From NCBI GenBank assembly GCA_018675975.1, contig JABGXB010000002.1:551607-571606 (forward strand): 20,000 bases of DNA. The letters are read 5' to 3'. Below, piece by piece: positions 1-7,927 of this stretch. Position 1 is the first letter of the stretch. Each line of letters starts with the position of its first letter. The DNA is from Candidatus Woesearchaeota archaeon. GTDB lineage: Archaea; Nanobdellota; Nanobdellia; Woesearchaeales; JABGXB01. The position numbers and the translations under genes are program-made. Under the pieces are notes generated by a model. The model was not told the origin of the DNA. It did not search any database and saw only the letters and a program-made list of their open reading frames with translations.

Positions 1-2
1 AT

Positions 3-1403
3 GATGGGAAAATAAAATTTGATTTAGATATTTTATTTAAGCGACCAGCTTTAAATATAATTAATATTACTGGAATTGAAAACGAAGATGTTCGTTTTAA
101 TATAATTAATTTAATTATTTCTAATTTATATAATTGGATGATTAAAAATCCTTCAAATAAACTTTCATCTTTTTTAGTTATCGATGAAATTAGTTCATAT
201 ATTCCTGCTGGTGTAAAAAAACCATTTACTAAAGATTTATTGCAATTATTATTTAAGCAAGCAAGAAAATATGGTGTTTCTTGTCTTATTGCAACACAAA
301 ATCCAGGTGATATTGATTACAAAGCCTTATCTCAATTTTCAACATGGTCGATTGGTCGATTAAATACAAAACAAGATTTTAAAAAAATTGAAAGTGCAAT
401 TAATTCAGTTAATTCTAATTTTAATTTTTCAACTGAATTACCTTCTTTAAAAACGGGAGAATTTTTATTATATAGTCCTGATGCTTTTGATAATTGTGTT
501 TTATTTAAAACAAATGAATTACTTACTGAACATAAAACAATTTCATTGAAAAATATAAAAAATGATGAATTGACTATAAAAAAAATAGAATTAGATTTTA
601 ATTCTAAAAATAATTTGGATGATGATATAATAAATACAAATAATGGTAATTCAAAAACCGATTCTGAAAATTTAGTTAAGGGATTTCCTATTAATGTAGA
701 AGAAAAAGATTTATCTAATTTAATTAAAAAAAATAAAAAAAGATTTCTTATGTTTTTTTCTGAATTGGAACAGGTAGAAAAAATAGAATTGAAATATTTT
801 CCAATTTATTATTGTTCATTAAAAATAAAAGAATCTAAGTTTTTGGGTTTGAGTCATAGTATAAGTGAATACAATGTTTTTTTTGATGCGGAAAATTTAA
901 ATCCTTTACAATTTAATCATTTTGATTTTGAATCAATTAATGGTTTTAACAATTTTATTAATTTAAATGATGATGAAATTAAAATTTTTAAAGAGATTTT
1001 TTTAAATAAAAAAATAACGCCAGCAGAAATTTCTTTAAAATTAGATTTATCAAATAGAATAATTAGTGATTGTATAAATAATTTAGTTGAAAATAATATT
1101 ATTATTAAAAAAAATGATGGAAAATTAAAATTATTTTCTTTAATGGTTGATATTAATATTCCTTTTAAATTAAAAAAATTCTCTGCAATGGAAGATTATT
1201 CTTTTTATAATATGTCAATTAATAAAAAAGAAATAAATAATATTGATAGATTAAAATCCATTTTAAATATTTGGTTTTGTGATTGTACTATTCAAAATTC
1301 TCAATTAGTTTATATGCCATATTATAATATAATTCTTTCAGATAAAAAAAATACACGTTCATTAAAAATTAATGCGTCTTCTGGTAATATTATTAATTTT
1401 TAG
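3..1403 (+). CDS. HerA/FtsK/VirB4-like (DUF87/DUF853-type) P-loop ATPase, C-terminal part, with a C-terminal winged-helix-like region; 5'-partial
   Basis: The frame is open from position 3 through the ATG at 138, so the gene begins upstream of the window. It shows Walker B (FLVIDE), arginine-finger QARKYG and ATQNPGD motifs of the HerA/FtsK superfamily. An HTH-like segment (ITPAEISLKLDLSNRIISDCINNLVENNII) lies near the C-terminus. Confidence 0.8.
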   Translation, partial: DGKIKFDLDILFKRPALNIINITGIENEDVRFNIINLIISNLYNWMIKNPSNKLSSFLVIDEISSYIPAGVKKPFTKDLLQLLFKQARKYGVSCLIATQNPGDIDYKALSQFSTWSIGRLNTKQDFKKIESAINSVNSNFNFSTELPSLKTGEFLLYSPDAFDNCVLFKTNELLTEHKTISLKNIKNDELTIKKIELDFNSKNNLDDDIINTNNGNSKTDSENLVKGFPINVEEKDLSNLIKKNKKRFLMFFSELEQVEKIELKYFPIYYCSLKIKESKFLGLSHSISEYNVFFDAENLNPLQFNHFDFESINGFNNFINLNDDEIKIFKEIFLNKKITPAEISLKLDLSNRIISDCINNLVENNIIIKKNDGKLKLFSLMVDINIPFKLKKFSAMEDYSFYNMSINKKEINNIDRLKSILNIWFCDCTIQNSQLVYMPYYNIILSDKKNTRSLKINASSGNIINF

Positions 1404-1737
1404 ATTGAAAGTTTAATATTGCTTGAGCTATATCTCCTTCGGCGTCCATTAAAAGTTCTTCAGCTTTTTCTTCATTAATATTACATTGCTCAGAAACAGT
1501 TTTTATATCTTCATCAGTAATTTCAATAATTTCTTCGTTTGCTTCAAATCTATTTTCTCCACTAATTTGATAATTTTTTTCACTACCCATTTCAATTTCT
1601 TGGACGCTAGGGTTTTCAAAAATTATCTCCCCTTCATCCATTTTAAAAATTACTTGATTTACTTTTATTTCATCTTGTTTAATGCCCATTTGTTTCATAG
1701 CTTTTGCCATATCTTTTGGATTGAGACCTGGAAACAT
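1393..1737 (-). CDS. nac: Archaeal nascent polypeptide-associated complex protein
   Basis: N-terminus MFPGLNPKDMAKAMKQMGI, an NAC beta-domain, and a C-terminal UBA-like domain (EDIKTVSEQ...AEGDIAQAIL). Confidence 0.95.
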   Translation of the reverse strand: MFPGLNPKDMAKAMKQMGIKQDEIKVNQVIFKMDEGEIIFENPSVQEIEMGSEKNYQISGENRFEANEEIIEITDEDIKTVSEQCNINEEKAEELLMDAEGDIAQAILNFQSKN

Positions 1738-1738
1738 T

Positions 1739-1912
1739 TTATAGACCTAATATGTTGATTCCATAATTGTATAATAGAAATTGAAAAATAATAACTAATA
1801 CTATAACAACAATAACTGCTTTAGGGTCAATAATAATTTTACTAGAAATTTCTTTACCAAAATTTACTAATCCGCCACCTGTGGGCATACTAAACCCTTT
1901 ATTTTTTACCAT
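1739..1912 (-). CDS. secG: Preprotein translocase subunit Sec61beta/SecG (57 aa; not in the ORF track)
   Basis: Manual translation gives MVKNKGFSMPTGGGLVNFGKEISSKIIIDPKAVIVVIVLVIIFQFLLYNYGINILGL*. It has the P-x-G-G-G-L-V-x-F motif, then I-x-I-D-P and a single TM helix. The stop codon lies 1 bp before the nac start. Confidence 0.9.
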   Translation of the reverse strand: MVKNKGFSMPTGGGLVNFGKEISSKIIIDPKAVIVVIVLVIIFQFLLYNYGINILGL

Positions 1913-2047
1913 ATTTTTTATTTTTTATTTTTCTTTATAAATTTATCTTGAAGATTTGAATATTTTATTTTTATTTTATAAAACGATAACTTTAAAAGTT
2001 GATTATATGTACTCTCATTATTTATATCAATATTATAGGTGATTTTA

Positions 2048-2278
2048 ATGGAAATGACAAAACCGTTTGACACTCTAAATGCTTCAAAAGGCAAAAGAGT
2101 TGTAATTGAATTAACAAAAGAAAAAAGAAGATTAATAGGCACATTAAAGGCTTTTGATCAACATATTAATGTTGTTTTAGAAGAGACTGAGGAATATTTG
2201 GATGGAGAATTAAAAAGTAAATTAGGTTCCGTTTTTTTAAGAGGAGCTGCAATTTTATATATTTCTCCTGCTAATTAA
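2048..2278 (+). CDS. Archaeal Sm/Lsm protein (SmAP1-like)
   Basis: Sm1 ([14 protein letters not shown]) and Sm2 ([15 protein letters not shown]) motifs. An SD-like AGGTGA at 2037-2042 favours the ATG at 2048 over the GTG at 2039. It lies directly upstream of rpl37e, a well-known archaeal gene pair. Confidence 0.95.
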   Translation: MEMTKPFDTLNASKGKRVVIELTKEKRRLIGTLKAFDQHINVVLEETEEYLDGELKSKLGSVFLRGAAILYISPAN

Positions 2279-2283
2279 TAAAA

Positions 2284-2454
2284 ATGAAAGGAACACCATC
2301 AAAAGGTAAAGGAGCAAGAAGTTTAAGTCATACTTACTGTAGACGTTGTGGTAGTAGATCATATCATATTAGAACTAGTATTTGTTCAAGTTGTGGTTAT
2401 GGGAATTCAACTAGATTTAGACCATCTCAATCAAGAAAAGTTAAACAAAAATAA
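2284..2454 (+). CDS. rpl37e: 50S ribosomal protein L37e (56 aa; not in the ORF track)
   Basis: Manual translation gives [56 protein letters not shown], with the KGTPS start and the CxxC...CxxCGY zinc ribbon. Confidence 0.97.
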   Translation: MKGTPSKGKGARSLSHTYCRRCGSRSYHIRTSICSSCGYGNSTRFRPSQSRKVKQK

Positions 2455-2469
2455 TTCTACTGACTTTAT

Positions 2470-2552
2470 GGCGGGTTGCCGGAGTGGTCAAACGGGGTGG
2501 ATTTAGGCTCCGCTGGCTTATGCCTACGCGTGTTCGAATCACGTACTCGCCA
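2470..2552 (+). tRNA. tRNA-Leu(UAG), intron-less, CCA not encoded
   Basis: Acceptor stem GGCGGGT/ACTCGCC with discriminator A; D-arm CCG-GAGTGGTCAAA-CGG; anticodon arm GTGGA-TTTAGGC-TCCGC; variable arm GGC-TTAT-GCC; T-arm GCGTG-TTCGAAT-CACGT. A T-tract follows. Confidence 0.96.
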
Positions 2553-2572
2553 TTTTTTATATATATGTTAAA

Positions 2573-3274
2573 ATGAAATTAATAAAATATTTAATTCAAT
2601 GTGGTATTGGTTCAAGAAGAAAATGTATTTCTTATGTTGATGAAAAAAAAATAAAAATCAATAATGAAATTGCAGAATCTATTTTTCAAGAAATTACACA
2701 AACTGACAAAGTAAAATTCAATGATAAACTACTAAAATCTGAAACCTTTGACTATTATGTTTTAAATAAACCAAAAAATTATATTTGTTCTAATGATGAT
2801 AAATTTTACAACAAATTAGTTATTAATTTACTTCCAAAAAATAAACGATTATTTACTGTTGGTAGGTTAGATAAAAATACTACTGGTTTAATACTAATTA
2901 CTAATGATGGAAATTTTGCAAATGATATTTTACATCCGTCTAAAAAAGTAATTAAATCATATGAAGTTATTATTGAGGGTAAATTAAATTTTAATGAAAT
3001 TAAATTTTTTAAAAATCATGTTAAACACATTGGTAAAATTTGGTTTCAAGTTGAAGACTTAATTTTTTCAGACAATCATACAAAACTAATTTTTAAAATT
3101 ATTGAGGGTAAAAAACATATTGTTAAGAATTTTTTTACATATAATGGTGTTAAAATATTAGATTTAAAAAGAATGTCAATTGGTAATTTAAATCTAAATG
3201 AATTACAAATTAATGATGGTGAATATAAAAAAACCACTAAAACCTATTTACTTGATAGTATTTTTAAAAATTAA
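2573..3274 (+). CDS. RsuA/RluB/E/F-family rRNA pseudouridine synthase
   Basis: N-terminal S4 domain (KLIKYL..CGIGSRRK), motif I (LNKPKNY), catalytic VGRLDKNTTGLILITNDG, HP..KVIKSYEV, motif III (IIEGKKH) and LKRMSIG. Confidence 0.93.
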   Translation: MKLIKYLIQCGIGSRRKCISYVDEKKIKINNEIAESIFQEITQTDKVKFNDKLLKSETFDYYVLNKPKNYICSNDDKFYNKLVINLLPKNKRLFTVGRLDKNTTGLILITNDGNFANDILHPSKKVIKSYEVIIEGKLNFNEIKFFKNHVKHIGKIWFQVEDLIFSDNHTKLIFKIIEGKKHIVKNFFTYNGVKILDLKRMSIGNLNLNELQINDGEYKKTTKTYLLDSIFKN

Positions 3275-3499
3275 TTATTATTGATATTTGTAGTTTTTTA
3301 TGCGTATTAAACTTTTTTTTGTATTTTTTGTTTTCAAATTAACTTGTTGTGTATTTTTTAATACACTATTATTTTTTTAATCTATTAAAATTAATTTGTT
3401 GTTGTTATTATTGAGTGAATTTAATCTATTCTCTTGAATTTACTGTTTATTGTCTGTATATTTGGATATTAGATATTTTTGTTCTAAAAACGTCAGTAA

Positions 3500-3618
3500 C
3501 TTTTATAAACCGAATATTAATATTAGCATTTACAAGAAAGATAAACTATTGAAAAGGGATGTATTTTAATATATTGTTTTATGCAAGGTATTTCCTCGAT
3601 AGTTTTTGCACGGAGGTG
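3500..3618 (+). promoter_or_regulatory. Putative S-layer promoter (TATA box TTTTATAAA at ~3501-3509), long leader, and SD GGAGGTG (3612-3618)
   Basis: An archaeal TATA-like element lies ~120 nt upstream of ATG 3628 and a perfect SD lies 9 nt before the start. An inverted repeat 3543-3552/3596-3605 sits between them. Confidence 0.55.
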
Positions 3619-3627
3619 TATTAATTA

Positions 3628-6471
3628 ATGAAAAACGTAATGACAAAAATTAAGAAATTTGCAACTGCGGGTGCGTCCATTGCTCTATTAGGAACGTCAA
3701 TGGTTAGCGGAGCAGCTGCTGCGAGTTTTGCAGATTATCCTGCACCATTTGTAAAAGATGGAAAATATGATGCAAATGCATTCATTGTTATGGGTGCAAA
3801 TGCGGCAACTATGGATGTTATCGGTGCATTAGATGTAGCGGCTTCCTTACAGGCTGTTTCAGTTGTTGAATCTACAGTACAAGTTTCAAGTACATGTGGT
3901 GGAGTAACTGGATTAAGTGTATTAGGGGATGCAGCAAAATTTGAAGTATCAAATGACATTTTAGCTTATGGTGAAAGTATAGGCGATGTTCGATCACAAT
4001 TTATTGGTAAAATTGGTGGAGTTGGTGATTTATTAGCATTTTCAAACGCTGGTAAAGGTCCTAATGAAGTTAATGGTAATCAATATAGTGAGTATTTATA
4101 TTTTGAAGATAAAGAATCAGGTACAGATACATTAGCAAGCACTTCAGTAAGTTTTACTAAAGCAGACGGAGATGACTTCTTTGCACATAATGATGAATCA
4201 ATTGTAGACTCATATTTAGTTTTTAATAAGGGTGGTACTACTATAAATCAATCATTATTTGAATATGAAATGGACTTTTCATCAGACAATAACTGGGAAA
4301 TTCAATTACCTTCAGATTCTTATACTTATGCAGGAGACTCATTAAGTATTTTAGGTACTGATTTTCATGTAGTTAGAGGTGCATTAGATTCAACTGATAC
4401 ACAATTAACATTAGAATTCTTAGGTACTTTACCTGATGAAGGTTCAATGGTAATTTATGAAACTGATCCTATTGAAGCAGCGGCTTTTGCAACTGAATTA
4501 GATTTACCTAATAACAGAGTAACAGAACCATTTATGGTTGGTATTTACAATGTTGTAGTTGAATTAAGAGCAGCGACTGCTGGTGCAGATGCAAGATTTA
4601 ATGTAAGATACACTAATACTGTTACTGGTGAAGAAAAATATGAAAGCAATATAAAAGTAATAGAAGAAGGTGCAGTTGAAGAAGTTGGTGACGAAGAAGA
4701 ATTATTCATGTATGTTGAAACTATTAATAGTTTAGGAGACAATACTGACGAAATTCACTTTTTAATCGGTTCAGACCATATAAAATTAGTTGATAACTTT
4801 ACAGATGATACTTTTGTAGCAGATGTAACTGTTGACGGTGAAAAATTAAATAATGGTTTTGTTAGAATGAAAGGTTCATATGACAGTTCAGCTGAAGAAC
4901 TTGCTTTAAGAACAATTGAATATAGATTAAACGATTTAGATGAGGATGTATACGTTCCTTCAGGACATGGTTTAAGAGAATATTTAAGTGATGACTGTGA
5001 TATTGAATCATTAACTTGTGAAAGTGACTCAGATTACCAATACTTTAATGGTATGCTTGGACAAAACTGGGATATTAAATTCTTAGGAATGACTGATGCA
5101 GCTAGATCAAATATAACATTATCAGGTTCTAGTGGTAATTTAGATTTGAGTATTGTTGAACAAGGTTCAGGTGGAAAGGCTAGTAAATTACAAATTATCA
5201 ATTATGATAAAAATGAACCAATGGCTTGGAGAACTGACGATGGAGATATAGGAACAAGATATGATGGTGATTTTGAAGCATTTATATTTACTGAAGGTTG
5301 GTATAATACAACAAATGGAAATATAACTAATTCAAATGGAACAACTCCTTGTACTGGTGCAAACCATGAAACTTGTCAATTAATTTATGATGAGGATGTA
5401 TTTGTAGTATCACATAAAGCAACTAGAGATGATGATGTAAGAAGTCATATTTTAGAATATTCTAGTATTGATACAAACAATAACAAAATTAAGTTTAATT
5501 CAGTTGCACAAGGTGTTGGTGATATAGAAAGATCATATGCTTTAGTTGCTGGTAATGACAATGTACTTGGTGAAGCTAAATTAAATGCTCGTGGTGATGA
5601 ATATCAATTCTATGTTTTAGATAATGAAACATTAAATTATCCTATTGTTGTTGATTTAAACAAAGATGGTGTTATTGATAATAGTGTATCACTTCTTGCA
5701 AACGAATTTGGTGTAGTAATGGAATTTGAAAAACAAGCAACGCCTCCATATCTTACAGCATCGTCAGATTCAGAAACAGTTAACTTTAATTTAAGTTATG
5801 TTGATGATATGTTTGAAGATAGAAGTAGTGATCTATTAGTTCAAATCCCAATTACTTTGGTAAACTCATCAGCTGAAACTATGAGTGTTGGAACTGTTAC
5901 TGATAATGATGGTAGTGGTACTAATATATTACAAACACAAAAAAATGCTGAAGATACGCAATTTGGTGCAGATATATATGGTACTACATTTATGGCTGTT
6001 GAATCCGGTGACGGTGACGATGAAACTATAACTATGAGCACACCTTCAACTCAATTATCAGCACAAGTATTTGTTGTATTTGGTGATAGTGAAGTTTCTA
6101 GTGGTGGATCAAGTGGATCTGGTGAAGCTGTAACTCAATCTGTTAACAGAGCAAGATTAGGTATGGGTGTACTTGATAGTGAAGCAAGTAGATATGTTGA
6201 TGCAGACGGTTCATTTAGCAAAAATATGATTGTTATTGGTGGACCTTGTGCAAACAGTGTAGCTGCTGCATTAGAAGGTAAATCTGCTGACGCTTGTGGA
6301 GAAGGTTATGAACCAGGACAAAGTTTCTTGAAAATGGTTGAGAGTGGAGAAAATGTAGCTGTATTAGCATTTGGTTATGACGCTGCAGGAACTTTAAAAG
6401 CAACTGATAAACTTTCAGGACTGGCTTCATCCGATAATGCAAACTTAGGAACTGAAGTACCTTTGAACTAA
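3628..6471 (+). CDS. S-layer protein (Methanococcales-type S_layer_N/S_layer_C ends)
   Basis: Signal peptide (KIKKFATAGASIALLGTSMVSGAAA) followed by ADYPAPFVKDG...IVMGANAATMDVIGALDVA. The C-terminal domain reads NMIVIGGPCANSVAA...LAFGYDAAGT. The protein is very acidic with many N-x-S/T sequons; the gene has a strong SD and higher GC than its flanks. Confidence 0.88.
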   Translation: MKNVMTKIKKFATAGASIALLGTSMVSGAAAASFADYPAPFVKDGKYDANAFIVMGANAATMDVIGALDVAASLQAVSVVESTVQVSSTCGGVTGLSVLGDAAKFEVSNDILAYGESIGDVRSQFIGKIGGVGDLLAFSNAGKGPNEVNGNQYSEYLYFEDKESGTDTLASTSVSFTKADGDDFFAHNDESIVDSYLVFNKGGTTINQSLFEYEMDFSSDNNWEIQLPSDSYTYAGDSLSILGTDFHVVRGALDSTDTQLTLEFLGTLPDEGSMVIYETDPIEAAAFATELDLPNNRVTEPFMVGIYNVVVELRAATAGADARFNVRYTNTVTGEEKYESNIKVIEEGAVEEVGDEEELFMYVETINSLGDNTDEIHFLIGSDHIKLVDNFTDDTFVADVTVDGEKLNNGFVRMKGSYDSSAEELALRTIEYRLNDLDEDVYVPSGHGLREYLSDDCDIESLTCESDSDYQYFNGMLGQNWDIKFLGMTDAARSNITLSGSSGNLDLSIVEQGSGGKASKLQIINYDKNEPMAWRTDDGDIGTRYDGDFEAFIFTEGWYNTTNGNITNSNGTTPCTGANHETCQLIYDEDVFVVSHKATRDDDVRSHILEYSSIDTNNNKIKFNSVAQGVGDIERSYALVAGNDNVLGEAKLNARGDEYQFYVLDNETLNYPIVVDLNKDGVIDNSVSLLANEFGVVMEFEKQATPPYLTASSDSETVNFNLSYVDDMFEDRSSDLLVQIPITLVNSSAETMSVGTVTDNDGSGTNILQTQKNAEDTQFGADIYGTTFMAVESGDGDDETITMSTPSTQLSAQVFVVFGDSEVSSGGSSGSGEAVTQSVNRARLGMGVLDSEASRYVDADGSFSKNMIVIGGPCANSVAAALEGKSADACGEGYEPGQSFLKMVESGENVAVLAFGYDAAGTLKATDKLSGLASSDNANLGTEVPLN

Positions 6472-6480
6472 ATTAATTAA

Positions 6481-6508
6481 TTTTTTATTTTTTTTTTACT
6501 TTTTTTTA
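6481..6508 (+). terminator. Oligo-T archaeal terminator after the S-layer gene
   Basis: ttttttattttttttttactttttttt immediately after the stop codon. Confidence 0.6.
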
Positions 6509-6612
6509 ATTATATTATATTTTGATTATATTTCTATTTTTTGACAAATTTGTCACATATTTTGTGTTTTTTATATATTAATGTTTATAAATTAATTTTT
6601 GTTAAGTTTGTT

Positions 6613-7113
6613 ATGAAAAAAGACTCATTTAAAGTAATATTTACCTTTCTAAGTTTAATTTTATTTTTTAGCTTGGGTTTTATTAGTAGCAATATTTTTT
6701 TTGATAGTAATAATCAAAATCCATTATCTTTATCTGCTACTATTGAAAAAAATTCTCCATCAAATTGGATTAATGAAGATGATTTAATAATTGAAAATGA
6801 TGGTATAAAAATTAAATTAAATAATTATATAATTGCAAGATTTAGTAATACAAATTCAATGGATCCTTTTTTGGATGAAAATTCAAATGCAATTGAAATT
6901 AAACCAGAAAATGCGGATCAAATAAATGTGGGAGATATTGTTTCATATAGAGTTAAAGGTGAAGTTAATCCTATAATTCATAGAATAATTGACATAGATT
7001 ATGATGAAAATGGTTATTATTATATTTTAAAAGGAGATAATAATAATTTGCCAGATCCATATAAAGTTAGATTTAATCAAATAGGATATGTTTTGGTGGG
7101 AATTTTATATTAA
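6613..7113 (+). CDS. Signal peptidase I, Sec11/S26B type
   Basis: N-terminal TM helix, catalytic Ser in TNSMDP, VGDIVSY, catalytic His in IIHRII, and KGDNN..PD. The ATG at 6613 is preferred over the TTG at 6541. Confidence 0.85.
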   Translation: MKKDSFKVIFTFLSLILFFSLGFISSNIFFDSNNQNPLSLSATIEKNSPSNWINEDDLIIENDGIKIKLNNYIIARFSNTNSMDPFLDENSNAIEIKPENADQINVGDIVSYRVKGEVNPIIHRIIDIDYDENGYYYILKGDNNNLPDPYKVRFNQIGYVLVGILY

Positions 7114-7162
7114 TATGCTCTGTTGCAATTAATCTTATAAAATTTAATATTTAATTAGCTTT

Positions 7163-7927
7163 ATGAAATCTAAATTTTATTTGTTTTTAGCTATTATTTT
7201 ATTATTTGGTGTATTTGTCTCAGCACAAAATAATTTGTTGAATACTACTGTTTATATGCCTTCAGATGAATATTTTAGTGAAAGTAAATCTGGAACTTAT
7301 TTAACTTGGAATAAAATTCATTATATTTATTTAAAAAATAATAATTCGGCTAATTTATTATCAAAAAAAATTAATTTTTGTATGGATTTATTTTTTAATT
7401 CAAATTTAAAATATGAACGGGTGGAAGGGGATTTTTGTAATAGAATTTATTTTTTTAAACCTCAAAAATCTATGGTTTTTTATTATAATTTTTCATTAAT
7501 TTATATTATTTTATTAATTGGGATTTATTTTGTTTATAGAAAGTATTATCGTGGTAAAATTATTTTAGAAAAAAAAATTAAATTTCTTGAAAAGTCATTT
7601 CATGGTATAAAAAAAATTAGAGTTGAAATTTTAATATCCAATAAAACTAAAAATAATTTTTCTAATGTTAGAATAAGTGATTTAATTCCAAATATTTTAG
7701 ATATTTCTGAAAGTGGTTTAGGTACTATTAAACCGGAAATAGTTAATTCTATTTCTGGTAAAGAATTAATATTTGATGTGGGTACTGTTGAAGTTGGTGA
7801 AAGGTTAATGGTTTATTATGATTTAAAAAGTAAAATTGATTTGAGTGAAGACTTTACTTTAGAGGATACATATTTAATATATGATACTTATTTTGGTCAA
7901 AAAAGAATAAAAATTAACATTTTGTAA
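7163..7927 (+). CDS. Hypothetical membrane protein (signal peptide, one TM, C-terminal Ig-like/DUF11-like beta-sandwich)
   Basis: Hydrophobic N-terminus; TM segment FSLIYIILLIGIYFVY followed by RKYYR; then IRVEILISNKT...NVRISDLIP, typical of DUF11/BatD-like domains. Confidence 0.6.
   Translation: MKSKFYLFLAIILLFGVFVSAQNNLLNTTVYMPSDEYFSESKSGTYLTWNKIHYIYLKNNNSANLLSKKINFCMDLFFNSNLKYERVEGDFCNRIYFFKPQKSMVFYYNFSLIYIILLIGIYFVYRKYYRGKIILEKKIKFLEKSFHGIKKIRVEILISNKTKNNFSNVRISDLIPNILDISESGLGTIKPEIVNSISGKELIFDVGTVEVGERLMVYYDLKSKIDLSEDFTLEDTYLIYDTYFGQKRIKINIL

Noticed and set aside
3628..6471. Higher GC of the S-layer gene as a sign of foreign origin
   Set aside because: It is explained by Gly/Ala/Asp/Val/Thr-rich composition; third codon positions remain A/T-rich.
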